A DNA stretch of 50,862 bases from an uncultured Acidobacteriota bacterium (GCA_964448205.1 CAYUVU010000129.1:1-50862); one strand, 5' to 3'; numbered from the stretch's first letter, positions 1-8,373 are shown. Notes: a model not told the origin generated them from the letters alone. Program-made: numbers and translations.

Positions 1-510
1 CAGCAGGGCGGTCCGCCCCCGCTCCGCCTCGCAGCCGGACGGGTCGCTGAGAATCCGGACGCTCCCGCAGCGGACCGATGTCGCCGGGACTCCCGGCGAA
101 CCGTGCGGGAGCCCCGCGCCCAGGGTGGGGTCCCGACAGACCGCCCTACGGGAACTCATGTCCTCCAGGAACCGAATCTGCTGGAAGGCCGCGAGTCGCC
201 AGTGCACGAGGGGTTCACCAGACGCCGACTCCAGATTTCGGACCACCTCCCGGACCACGTCCTGGGCGACCGCGAACCGGCTCCGGCTTCCCATCGCGGT
301 CTCCATGGATTCCGAGGTGTCGAACAGGATCCAGACCCGTGGGCGGGTGGTGGTGCGCACGACCCCGAGGGGGTCCCGGCCTCCGTCAGCGAAGTCCTGC
401 ACTCCCCCCGCCGCCGACCGCGCCAGGGCGCCCGCCGGCGCGGCGGCAACGAAGAGCAGCACCAGCGCCAAACCGGCGCAAAGGGGTGGGCGGCTTTTGA
501 ATCGCTTCAT
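1..510 (-). CDS. PilY1-like von Willebrand factor A (vWA) domain protein, N-terminal part only (gene runs off the window edge)
   Basis: Absent from the ORF track because there is no stop in the window. Hand translation from ATG (rc of 508..510) stays open to nt 1 (170 codons). It reads MKRFKSRPPLCAGLALVLLFVAAAPAGALA (signal peptide) ... VWILFDTSESM, which carries a DxSxS MIDAS motif. AAGGAG Shine-Dalgarno (rc of 518..523) lies 7 nt upstream of the ATG. The gene follows two minor-pilin genes. Confidence 0.6.
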   Translation of the reverse strand, partial: MKRFKSRPPLCAGLALVLLFVAAAPAGALARSAAGGVQDFADGGRDPLGVVRTTTRPRVWILFDTSESMETAMGSRSRFAVAQDVVREVVRNLESASGEPLVHWRLAAFQQIRFLEDMSSRRAVCRDPTLGAGLPHGSPGVPATSVRCGSVRILSDPSGCEAERGRTALL

Positions 511-550
511 GAGCTTTCTCCTTTCGCGGGCGCTCTCGTCCCGTCCACGG

Positions 551-1393
551 TCATTCGCCGCGGTCCCCGGGACGGAGGCGCCGCTGCACCCAGGTCGTCA
601 GGCCGTCGCTGTAGTCGAGGTCCGCCACTTGGGGTTCCGCTGGACGCGGCGCGAGCCGCAGGGTCATTTCGAGCCGGCTGACCGCGTGGGGGTCCTGCGG
701 TCCGCGGGGCGGTGGATACCGCGCCTCGGCCGTGAGCACCGCGCGGTCGTGCGGCGCTCCGGCATCCCGGGCGCCCACCACCGGCCGCCGAATCCAGACG
801 GTGACCCCGGCGATGTCCGGGATGCCGTCGCCATCGAGGTCCGGCGCCCACGCGGCGGTCGGAGCCCGCGGGTCGAACAGCAGCGGGCGGCCGCCGACGT
901 CGCGCAGCACCCGGCCCACGTAGACGCGGGCGTTGTTACCCGCCATCGGCTCATCCCGGAACACCTCGTAGTCGCGGCAGCCCGGCGCCGCGGGGTCGCC
1001 GCAGGCGGCGCCGTCCGGAGGGCGGGCCCATCCCCGCGCGTCCCCCCCGGGGGCGTGGATCGAGGGGCGGACCGGCGGGAGAGCCCTCTCGAAGCTGCCG
1101 TGCGCCTCGACGTGGGCGGCGAGCACGACCTTGGCCAGCTCCAGCCCGGCCTCGGCCCGGGCCGCCGCCCCTGCCGTCCAGGCCTGGTTCCGCGCCGTCG
1201 CGCCGTCGGACCCCACCGACATCAGCACGACCGCCCCGATACCGGCAAGCGCCGCCACCAGCAGGAGCGCCAGGACGAGCGCCATTCCCCGCTCCGGCGA
1301 CCCCTTCGGGGCCCCCGCCGGAAGCGCGCCCGCGCTATTCACGGTTCGCCACCCGGATTGAGTCCAGCCGGACGACGGAACCCCGGCCGCCAC
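551..1393 (-). CDS. PilX-type pilus assembly / minor pilin-like protein
   Basis: ...KGSPERGMALVLALLLVAALAGIGAVVLMS matches the PilX N-terminal pattern: (Q/E)RG followed by a hydrophobic helix. A GTG start at 1393 keeps the ERG motif but overlaps the upstream gene by 59 nt. The alternative ATG at 1285 avoids the overlap. Confidence 0.6.
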   Translation of the reverse strand: MAAGVPSSGWTQSGWRTVNSAGALPAGAPKGSPERGMALVLALLLVAALAGIGAVVLMSVGSDGATARNQAWTAGAAARAEAGLELAKVVLAAHVEAHGSFERALPPVRPSIHAPGGDARGWARPPDGAACGDPAAPGCRDYEVFRDEPMAGNNARVYVGRVLRDVGGRPLLFDPRAPTAAWAPDLDGDGIPDIAGVTVWIRRPVVGARDAGAPHDRAVLTAEARYPPPRGPQDPHAVSRLEMTLRLAPRPAEPQVADLDYSDGLTTWVQRRLRPGDRGE

Positions 1394-1850
1394 CGACCGG
1401 CATCGCCACCACCTCGATGCGAAGCGCGGCGAGCCGGTCCCCGCCTCGCGGGGCGAGTTCCCGGATCCGCCAACGCACTTCGTAGCGCGCGGAACGGGGG
1501 TCAGCGGACTCCCCGTCCTCGTCGAAGTACGCGAAGTAGCCGGGCGCTCCGGCGCCTTCGATCTCGACCGTGCCGCCCGGGGCGGCCGCGGCGTGATATC
1601 CCGGCCAGGGCCAGCCTCGCCAGAAGGGCGCCGCCATCAGTTGCTCCATCCGCGCGCGGGCGATTCCCGCGGCGAGACCGGTATCGGCGGCGGCCTGGCG
1701 GGCCTGGGACGCCTGGGCCAGGGCGCGCACAAGCCCGCCGGCGGCGACGACCAGCACCAGGACGGCGAAGAGGGTCTCGACGAGCGAGAACCCGCCGTCG
1801 CCCGGCGTCCGCAGAGCCGGCCGGCTGGCGGTGTTCTGGTCCATGTCCAT
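1335..1850 (-). CDS. Type IV minor pilin / pseudopilin (PilV-like) with prepilin cleavage-methylation motif
   Basis: MDMDQNTASRPALRTPGDGG|FSLVETLFAVLVLVV is a class III signal peptide (G/FxxxE) followed by a hydrophobic helix. Length 171 aa. Confidence 0.75.
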   Translation of the reverse strand: MDMDQNTASRPALRTPGDGGFSLVETLFAVLVLVVAAGGLVRALAQASQARQAAADTGLAAGIARARMEQLMAAPFWRGWPWPGYHAAAAPGGTVEIEGAGAPGYFAYFDEDGESADPRSARYEVRWRIRELAPRGGDRLAALRIEVVAMPVGGGRGSVVRLDSIRVANRE

Positions 1851-1865
1851 GCTCTACACGGGGAC

Positions 1866-1926
1866 AGACGTAAAACGCCCCGATTTCTTCCCACTTTGGA
1901 GCCGAATGTGGAAAAGTCGAAGCGAA
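1866..1926 (-). repeat. Copy A of a 61-nt conserved block located 5' of T4P operons (candidate shared promoter/operator or 5' RNA element)
   Basis: Gap-free manual alignment with 19742..19802 gives 50/61 identical positions. Gene-strand sequence: TTCGCTTCGACTTTTCCACATTCGGCTCCAAAGTGGGAAGAAATCGGGGCGTTTTACGTCT. The block ends 15 nt before the ATG at 1850. Confidence 0.6.
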
Positions 1927-2018
1927 CGTGCACAAGGGGCCTGAATTTCCCGGCCCAAACCGCAGAAAACGCCGCGCGACCCCCACCCGCTCCCACCCTT
2001 GCGGGGGCGGCGGCCGGC

Positions 2019-2780
2019 TCAGACCCCCGTCGAGACCAGGAAGACGGCGCCCGCGCCCAGCGCGAGCAGGGTGCCGAACGGCAGCGGGGTGTCGCGCCGG
2101 ATTCGCCCGAGGAGCAGCAGCGGCCCGGCCACCAGCACTCCAAGCGCGGCGGCGAGGGCCACCGCGCCCAGCGCGGGCGCCGGACCCAGAAAGGCCCCGA
2201 TCAGCAGCAGCAGCTTCACGTCGCCGAGCCCGACCGCCTCGACCCCACGGAACCGCAACCAGAGCGCGCGGAGCAGGAAGAGCAGGCCGGCCCCGACCAG
2301 GGCGCCCGCGGCCGAGGTCAGGAGATCCAGATCGGACCGGGGCCCCGCGAGCGCGAGGCCCAGCACCGCCCCGGGAAGGGTGAGCGCGTCCGGCAGCACC
2401 ATCCGCTCCCAGTCGGTCACCGCCAGCGCCAGCAGGAGGCTCAGGAGCAGCACCCGGGAGACGGCGAGCGCGGGGTCCCCTCCCTCCGGCGCCCACCAGA
2501 AGAGCACCCCGGTCAGCAGTTCCACCAGCGGATAGCGCACCGGGATCCAGGCCCGGCAGTCCCGGCAGCGGCCCCCGAGCCGGAGCCAGGAGATCACCGG
2601 CAGGTTGTCCCGGACGCGGATCGGCGCGGCGCACACGGGGCATCGGGAACCCGGAAGGAACACCGATTCCCCCGCCGGGAGACGATGGATCACGACGTTC
2701 AGGAAGCTCCCGGCCGCGAGCCCGGCCACGAACAGCGCGAGAGGGAGCAACGGCCCGGAGAAGACCGTGTCAGGCGCCAT
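2019..2780 (-). CDS. pilD: Prepilin peptidase / N-methyltransferase (A24 family)
   Basis: CPVC...CRDC zinc-binding pairs are present. It is a multi-pass membrane protein with the GLGDVKLL motif. It is the last gene of the pilA unit. Confidence 0.9.
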   Translation of the reverse strand: MAPDTVFSGPLLPLALFVAGLAAGSFLNVVIHRLPAGESVFLPGSRCPVCAAPIRVRDNLPVISWLRLGGRCRDCRAWIPVRYPLVELLTGVLFWWAPEGGDPALAVSRVLLLSLLLALAVTDWERMVLPDALTLPGAVLGLALAGPRSDLDLLTSAAGALVGAGLLFLLRALWLRFRGVEAVGLGDVKLLLLIGAFLGPAPALGAVALAAALGVLVAGPLLLLGRIRRDTPLPFGTLLALGAGAVFLVSTGV

Positions 2781-2786
2781 TGCCGG

Positions 2787-3686
2787 TCAGCGCCCCGGAT
2801 GGCCGGCCAGCGGCGACTCGGGAGCGATTCCGGGAACTCCGTCCCGGCCCAGCCCGAAGGGCACCCCTGCCGGGTCGACCGGCGGGCCCGGCAGCAACCC
2901 GGCGGCGACCAGGTCTTCCCAGCCGCGGGGAGGTTGTCCCGAGCGGCGTTCGTAGGCGCGCACGACGGAGCCGAGTTCATCCAGCCGGTCGAGCGCCTCG
3001 AGCTGGAGCAGATGGGTGCGGGCGTTGGACCGCGCCCGTTCATCGTCCGCGCGTTCCAGCAGGACGCGCCAGAGCTCCCGCGCGGCGGCGCGGGCCCCGA
3101 CGCCCGTCAGGGATCGCGCCGCCACCGCCACGACCCAGGGCGGCGCGTCGTCCCGGGCGCTCGCCGCCTCCAGCAGGGTTGCGCCGGTCTCGGGATCCTC
3201 GAGATGCCAGGTGTGCAACAGGCTGCGGACCAGCACCGCGTCGAAGTCGCCGGGGTGCCGCCGCACCCAGCCGGCGAGAATGGCGTCGGCCCGCTCGGGT
3301 TCGCCGGCGCCGAGCGGAGGCGGTTCCGCGAGCAGCAACGCCCCCACGAGCGCGGCCGGGCGGAGACCCGGGTCGAGGCGCAGCGCCTGCTCCACGAGGG
3401 CGCCGAGGCCGGGGAAGCCGGACGAACCCTCGAGCCGCCGGTTCCCGTAGTGCTGGACGGCGAGAAACCACGAAATGTCGGCCACCAGACGCCGAACTGC
3501 GGAAGGGAGTGCCGCGACCCCCGCATCGCTGAGGTGGATCCCCGGAGGCAGGACGATGATCTCCGGTCCCGGCCGCGCCGCGGGCGCGACCCGCGCAGCC
3601 ATCCCGAGACACGCGAGCGACAGCGCGGCACCGGCGAGACGGCCGGCGCCGACGCCGCGGAAACCGGCCCGCCGGGGGTCCCGCAT
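2787..3686 (-). CDS. Hypothetical secreted alpha-helical protein (T4P-operon associated)
   Basis: The track ORF 2787..4304 was trimmed to ATG 3686, which lies 8 nt after the permease stop at 3695. The N-terminus MRDPRRAGFRGVGAGRLAGAALSLACLGMAARVA looks like a signal peptide. The rest is Leu/Ala/Arg-rich and helical. I recognise no family motif. Confidence 0.55.
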   Translation of the reverse strand: MRDPRRAGFRGVGAGRLAGAALSLACLGMAARVAPAARPGPEIIVLPPGIHLSDAGVAALPSAVRRLVADISWFLAVQHYGNRRLEGSSGFPGLGALVEQALRLDPGLRPAALVGALLLAEPPPLGAGEPERADAILAGWVRRHPGDFDAVLVRSLLHTWHLEDPETGATLLEAASARDDAPPWVVAVAARSLTGVGARAAARELWRVLLERADDERARSNARTHLLQLEALDRLDELGSVVRAYERRSGQPPRGWEDLVAAGLLPGPPVDPAGVPFGLGRDGVPGIAPESPLAGHPGR

Positions 3687-3694
3687 CCGCCCGC

Positions 3695-4471
3695 TCAGGA
3701 AGCCGGCGCCGCGGGCTGGCGGGCCCGCCACGGGAACACGGCGATCGCGGCGGCGACCATCGCGGCCGTGTACAGGAGTGCATGGGCGGTGGGGCCCACG
3801 AGCAGCGGCCCCACCTCGGAGAAGCTCCCGGGGAGGCCCCCCAGCGGCGCATCGAGCGCCGGGAGGTCCGGCAGGACGAACGTCGCGAGCCGGGTCACCG
3901 GCCCGAGGTAGGCGGGACCCGCAGCGGGAAAACCCGCCGCCAGCCATCCGGCCAGCGAGAAGAGCGCCGCAGGCACGATGGCCGCGGCTGGGCGGACGAG
4001 CGCCAGAAACAGCGTGGACACGGCGAGGATCACCAGCAGCCGCAGCCACAACAGCCAACCGGTCCCGAGCACCGCCGCCGTCGCCCCGCCGTGCGCGAGG
4101 ACAAGCCATGCCGAGAGCGTGGCGGTCACCAGCGCCACGTAGACGAACAGGCCGGCCGCTAGGCCGAGGAAGCGTCCGCCGAGCAGGAGGCCGGCGGAGA
4201 CCGGTCTCGCCAGCGCGAAGGAGCCGAGAACCCCGCGGCTGCCGGCGAGCCCCGCTCCGTGGACCAGGGCCATCGACCATCCGGCCACTTCGGCCAGAAC
4301 CCATGCCACGTTGGACTCGAAACGCCCCTCCCGGCCGAGCGACACGTCACCCAGCAGCACCCCGGCGCCGAAACCCGCGAGAACCAGCGCGAGAGCGGCC
4401 AGCAGGCTCCGCTCGGCGAGGAATCCGCGCAGCGCCACGGCGGCGGTAGCCGTGAGGGGAGCGACCGGCAC
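3695..4471 (-). CDS. ABC-2 type transporter permease
   Basis: About six hydrophobic segments. GTG start lies 6 nt after the stop of the ABC ATPase gene. High GC3. Confidence 0.65.
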   Translation of the reverse strand: MPVAPLTATAAVALRGFLAERSLLAALALVLAGFGAGVLLGDVSLGREGRFESNVAWVLAEVAGWSMALVHGAGLAGSRGVLGSFALARPVSAGLLLGGRFLGLAAGLFVYVALVTATLSAWLVLAHGGATAAVLGTGWLLWLRLLVILAVSTLFLALVRPAAAIVPAALFSLAGWLAAGFPAAGPAYLGPVTRLATFVLPDLPALDAPLGGLPGSFSEVGPLLVGPTAHALLYTAAMVAAAIAVFPWRARQPAAPAS

Positions 4472-4477
4472 CGGTGG

Positions 4478-5254
4478 TTACCGGACCGGGGGGCTCGCGC
4501 CGTTCAGCGCCGCCGCCAGCCAGCCGCCGCTCTGTCCGGGAGCGGACCGGTCCCGGCCGCCCTTCGCCACGAAGTCTCCCACCGGCCCGGCCGCGGCGAC
4601 GGCCCCATCCGCCAGGACGATCAGCCGGTCCGCGACCGACTCGATGGCGGCGGCCTCGTGAAGACTGAGGATGACGGCCGCTCCCTCCCGGGCCGCGGAG
4701 CGAATGGCCGCGAGGGAGCCGACCCGGGCCTCCGGGTCGAGTCCGGTGAGCGGTTCGTCCAGAACGAGCGCCAGGGGCTCGCCGAGCAGCGCCTGCGCCA
4801 GGGACACCCGACGCCGGACACCCCGCGAAGCGCGGCCGGCGGGGACCGCGAGCCACTCCGCCACCCCCACGGTCTTCGCCGTTCGCTCCGCCTCCCGACG
4901 AGCCCCGGCGCCGCGGTATCCGGCGAGCACCGCGGCGTAGCGCAGGGTGTCCCGCACGCTGAGACCCGCCGGAAACTCGTCCTCCTCCGCCACGTATCCC
5001 AGACGGCGGCGCGCCTCGCTGCGGGTGGCCGGCAGCTCTCCCAGCAGGGCGTCGCCCCGATCGGCGGGCAGGAGTCCGGCCAGCAGCCGCAGCGTGGTCG
5101 ACTTTCCCGAGCCGTTCTTCCCGGCGAGAGCCACCACCTCACCCGGCGCGACCGCGAAGCTGACTTCCCGGACGACCGTCCGGCGGCGGAGCGCCAGCCC
5201 GGAACGCCCGGCCGCCGGATAGGAAGCGCTCAGCTCGCGGGCGCGGATCTCCAC
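4478..5254 (-). CDS. ABC transporter ATP-binding protein
   Basis: Walker A is GKNGSGKST. Signature and Walker B lie in the region RRRVSLAQALLGEPLALVLDEPLTGLD. GTG start lies 18 nt after the pilA stop. Confidence 0.9.
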   Translation of the reverse strand: MEIRARELSASYPAAGRSGLALRRRTVVREVSFAVAPGEVVALAGKNGSGKSTTLRLLAGLLPADRGDALLGELPATRSEARRRLGYVAEEDEFPAGLSVRDTLRYAAVLAGYRGAGARREAERTAKTVGVAEWLAVPAGRASRGVRRRVSLAQALLGEPLALVLDEPLTGLDPEARVGSLAAIRSAAREGAAVILSLHEAAAIESVADRLIVLADGAVAAAGPVGDFVAKGGRDRSAPGQSGGWLAAALNGASPPVR

Positions 5255-5272
5255 GCGGACTCGGCCTGTCCC

Positions 5273-5929
5273 CTATTCGAGAAACGCGGTCGCCCCGGGC
5301 ACCGGGCAGGCGATTGGCGCTCCCGAGGGATCGTTGTAGATCGCTCCCGCGCTGGTCGCCGAGAAGGACCGCACTCCGGTGCGTCCCACGTCCGCCGGCT
5401 CCGAGTGGTAGCAGTAGTCGAGCAGGCTGTCGGGATCGCAGTGAGGCGGCACCGAGGTCGGGGTCCCGTTCGGAGCGAGCGTGCGGTTGTATCCCGCCTT
5501 CACGTAGGGACTGTTCCGGCCCAGGTCGGCGCCGATGAACTCGGGAGCGGCATCCGGGTAGTCGGGAATGCCGATGGTCCCGCCGCAATCGGCGCCGTTG
5601 CGGCAGAGGTTCGTCAGATCGGCGAAGAACCCGCAGTTGGAGGCCGCGTAGGTCTGCTGCGCCGCGATCACCGCGCGGGAGTCGCCGATCGCCTGGGCCT
5701 CGTTCGCGGACAGCCGCGCGCGCAACAACTGGGGGATGGCGATCCCCGCGATCACGCCGATGATCGCGATCACGATCAGGAGTTCGATCAGGGTGAAGCC
5801 GGCGGCGGCCGGGAACCGGGGCCGCGCGGAGCGGTCCCGGGGATTCTCCGTCCGCGGGACGGCTGGGCGGCTCGGTGGCGATTTCATTGGAGAATCCGGG
5901 GCCGGGCGGAGGGGGTCGCTGCGATTCAT
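5273..5929 (-). CDS. pilA: Type IV major pilin with unusually long leader peptide
   Basis: ...RPRFPAAAG|FTLIELLIVIAIIGVIAGIAIPQLL is a canonical type IVa N-terminus. The C-terminal domain has 6 Cys. The start was moved from 6052 to ATG 5929 because a perfect AAGGAGG (rc of 5940..5946) sits 10 nt upstream. Confidence 0.85.
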   Translation of the reverse strand: MNRSDPLRPAPDSPMKSPPSRPAVPRTENPRDRSARPRFPAAAGFTLIELLIVIAIIGVIAGIAIPQLLRARLSANEAQAIGDSRAVIAAQQTYAASNCGFFADLTNLCRNGADCGGTIGIPDYPDAAPEFIGADLGRNSPYVKAGYNRTLAPNGTPTSVPPHCDPDSLLDYCYHSEPADVGRTGVRSFSATSAGAIYNDPSGAPIACPVPGATAFLE

Positions 5930-5939
5930 AAGGATACGT

Positions 5940-5946
5940 CCTCCTT
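5940..5946 (-). promoter_or_regulatory. Shine-Dalgarno AAGGAGG of pilA
   Basis: The rc of CCTCCTT at 5940..5946, with a 10-nt spacer to ATG 5929. Confidence 0.7.
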
Positions 5947-6062
5947 GGGACAATGCGTGGAACGGGCGGAGGGGAAAACGGACGGGCGCCGCGCGCCCTC
6001 CGGGGGCGGCGCAACCCGGCTCGCGGCGGAAGGGGCGCGCACGTTGCCGCATCCACGGGCTG

Positions 6063-7190
6063 CTAGGCCAATCGGCCGACGAGCGTCCAGATCGGCAGGT
6101 ACATGGCGACCACGATGGCGCCGACCACCAGGCCCAGGACGAGGATCAACAGCGGCTCGAGGAGCGGCAGGATGGTCGCGGTCGTTCGCCTCACCTCCTC
6201 CTCGTAGAACTCGGCGACCTTCTCGAGCGAGACGTCGAGCTCGCCGGTCCGCTCCCCCACCCCGACCATTTGCACCACCATCGGCGGGAAGAGCCCCGTG
6301 GCCCGCAGCGGGCCGGCGAGCGACGAGCCTGCCTCCACCCGCGGGCGGACCTGCGCCATGACCGCTTCGAGATGCCGGTTCCCCACCACCCGGCGGGCAA
6401 TCTCGAGCCCTTCCAGTACGGAGACGCCGGCTTCCGTGAGGACGGACAGCGTCCGGCAGAAGCGGGAGATGCCCGCCTTCCGCCACAGGCCGCCGAAGAT
6501 GGGGATCCGGAGCACGAGGCGGTCGCACAGGGCGCCGCCGGCCTCCGTTCTCCGGAGGCGCGCGATCCCCGCGGCGCACCCGCCCAGCACGATCGAGCCG
6601 GCCAGCGCCCATCCTCCGAACGACCCCGAGACATCCACCACGATCCGCGTCAGCAGGGGCAGCTCGGCATCGAGTCCCGCATAGAGTTCGCTGAAGATCG
6701 GAACGACGCGCCACAGGATCACCGAGACCACCAGCACCCCGATGGCGGCCACCACCAGCGGATAGGCGAACGCTCCGCGCACCCGCTCGGTCACCGCCGC
6801 CGACTTCTCGAGTTCGGTGGCGAGGCGGAGCAGGCTCTGGTCGAGCCGCCCGCCGGTCTCGCCGATCGTGGTCATGGCCACCGCAAGCCGGCCGAAAGTC
6901 CGTGGATGACGATTCATGGCCGCCGCCAGCGAACTGCCGGACTCGACGTCCCGGGCAACCCGTTCCAGGGTGGTTCGAAGCCGCGGACCGTCTTCCTGGT
7001 GGCAGAGCACCGCGAGGCTCTCGGCAAGCGGCAATCCCGCACCCACCATGACTCCCAGTTGGCGCACCAGGAGGGCGACCTTGCGCCGGCTGACGGGAGG
7101 CACGAGGAACCCGGGGAACCGGCGTCGGCTCCCCCCGGCCTCCTGCCGGCCGGGCCGTTTCGGTCCCAAACGCCCGTTCCTCGCCCTCAC
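6063..7190 (-). CDS. pilC: Type IV pilus platform protein (GspF/PilC family)
   Basis: Two GspF-type repeats (LAESL...GSSLAAAM and VLEGLEIA...GSSLAGPL) and three TM segments. The track ORF 6063..8021 runs into pilT in another frame. The first in-frame start after the pilT stop is GTG 7190, and this start is uncertain. Confidence 0.85.
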   Translation of the reverse strand: MRARNGRLGPKRPGRQEAGGSRRRFPGFLVPPVSRRKVALLVRQLGVMVGAGLPLAESLAVLCHQEDGPRLRTTLERVARDVESGSSLAAAMNRHPRTFGRLAVAMTTIGETGGRLDQSLLRLATELEKSAAVTERVRGAFAYPLVVAAIGVLVVSVILWRVVPIFSELYAGLDAELPLLTRIVVDVSGSFGGWALAGSIVLGGCAAGIARLRRTEAGGALCDRLVLRIPIFGGLWRKAGISRFCRTLSVLTEAGVSVLEGLEIARRVVGNRHLEAVMAQVRPRVEAGSSLAGPLRATGLFPPMVVQMVGVGERTGELDVSLEKVAEFYEEEVRRTTATILPLLEPLLILVLGLVVGAIVVAMYLPIWTLVGRLA

Positions 7191-7204
7191 TGCCGGTTCC
7201 GGGG

Positions 7205-8332
7205 TCAGGCCCGGCCGTTCGTGGCCGATCCGAGAACGGCTCCCAGCGCTGCCGGTTCGTTGGACGCGGCGAGCGCGTCGCTCCGGGTAATGACTCCCCG
7301 CCGGCACAGCGATGCCAGCGCTTCGTTGAGCGACACGGAGGCGCCCCGGCCCGCACCGGCGTCGAGGACGGCGAAGAGCTGGTGCAGTTTGTCTTCGCGG
7401 ATCAGGTTCCGCGCAGCCGGTGTGGGGGCGAGTTGCTCCACGGCCACGACCCGCCCCCTCCCGTCGGCGCGTGGCACCAGCCGCTGGCAGTAGATCGCCT
7501 CCAGGGACGCCGACAGCCGGATCCTGGCTTGACGGTGCTGGGGGGCCGGGAACATCTCGACGATCCGGGTCAGCGCGTGAAGCGCCGAACGGGCGTGGAT
7601 GGTGGCCAGCGCCAGGTGTCCGGTCTCGCTGACCCGGAGCGCCGCGTCGACGGTGTCGCGGTCCCGGATCTCGCCGATCATCACCACGTCCGGATCGGAA
7701 CGCAGCACCGAGCGAAGCGCGTCGTGAAACGAAGCGGTGTCGCTGCCGACCTGCCGCTGCGTGACGAGGGCGCGCCGATTCCGATGGATGACCTCCACCG
7801 GATCCTCGATGGTGACGATGTGCGCCGCGCGGGTGCGGTTGATCCGGCCCACGATCGCCGCCATCGTGGTGGATTTGCCCGAGCCGACCGGACCGGCGGT
7901 GAGGACGAGTCCCGACGCGAGTCCGGCCAGCGCCGCCGCACTCGCCGGGAGACCGAGCGCATCGAGCGACGGCACCTCGCCGGGCACCACCCGGTAGACC
8001 GCCGCGAGTCCGCCGCGGCACCGGAAGACGCTGGCGCGAAACCGGGCAACCCCCGTCAGGGTGAACGAGAAGTCGGCCTCCCCGCCCTGCTCGAGCACTA
8101 ACCGCCGGCGATCCGGAATCCCGGCGGACACCATCGACTCCACGATTTCGGGCGACAACGGTTCGCCTTCCGCCTGGAGGAGCCGGCCGTCGATGCGCAG
8201 CCCGGGCGCGGCGCCGGGGCGCAGGTGCAGGTCGCTCCCCCCGCGGCGAACCATGTCTCTCAGGAGCCGCGCAAGTTCCTCTCGCGGGTCCGGCGTGGCG
8301 GCGGGCGGCGATGCGGGCGGTCCCTCGGGCAT
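7205..8332 (-). CDS. pilT: Twitching-motility retraction ATPase PilT
   Basis: Walker A GPVGSGKSTT, Walker B VVMIGEIRD, His box GHLALATIHA. The PilT-specific AARNLIRE motif is present. Length 375 aa, which is PilT size rather than PilB size. Confidence 0.9.
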   Translation of the reverse strand: MPEGPPASPPAATPDPREELARLLRDMVRRGGSDLHLRPGAAPGLRIDGRLLQAEGEPLSPEIVESMVSAGIPDRRRLVLEQGGEADFSFTLTGVARFRASVFRCRGGLAAVYRVVPGEVPSLDALGLPASAAALAGLASGLVLTAGPVGSGKSTTMAAIVGRINRTRAAHIVTIEDPVEVIHRNRRALVTQRQVGSDTASFHDALRSVLRSDPDVVMIGEIRDRDTVDAALRVSETGHLALATIHARSALHALTRIVEMFPAPQHRQARIRLSASLEAIYCQRLVPRADGRGRVVAVEQLAPTPAARNLIREDKLHQLFAVLDAGAGRGASVSLNEALASLCRRGVITRSDALAASNEPAALGAVLGSATNGRA

Positions 8333-8344
8333 ACCAAGAGGGTC

Positions 8345-8373
8345 AGACGAGATTTCCGCCCAATTCCGGTCAA
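8345..8373 (-). promoter_or_regulatory. Candidate pilT promoter (TTGACC-N17-TCGTCT)
   Basis: The rc of 8368..8373 is TTGACC and the rc of 8345..8350 is TCGTCT, with a 17-nt spacer. The -10 is poor. The CGTCTG element resembles the 3' end of the 61-nt blocks. Confidence 0.25.

Noticed and set aside
125-1873. Very long ORFs in the track. Examples: 125..1873 (+), 1593..3911 (+), 4259..6361 (+), 5736..7493 (+), 8578..10215 (-), 15121..16233 (+), 16058..18037 (+), 27896..30169 (-), 33828..36050 (+), 38255..40519 (-), 41385..43004 (-), 47463..49508 (+) and 48745..50457 (-).
   Set aside because: Their translations are Arg/Pro/Gly/Ala-rich and low-complexity with no family motifs. They lie antisense to or out of frame with genes that carry clear conserved motifs. 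Such open frames are expected by chance at this GC content.
5930-6062. A sigma54 (GG-N10-GC) promoter upstream of pilA, as in many proteobacterial pilin genes.
   Set aside because: I checked every TTGC/GC candidate by hand. None has GG exactly 10 nt upstream. Only weak TTTTCC-N17-CATTGT and a partial TTCCAC(GC)ATT resemblance to the 61-nt block are present.
6063-8021. A single 652-aa ORF spanning pilC and much of pilT.
   Set aside because: Only the C-terminal ~375 aa is GspF/PilC-like. The upstream part is junk translated from an alternate frame of pilT, whose own frame (7205..8332) has all the PilT motifs.
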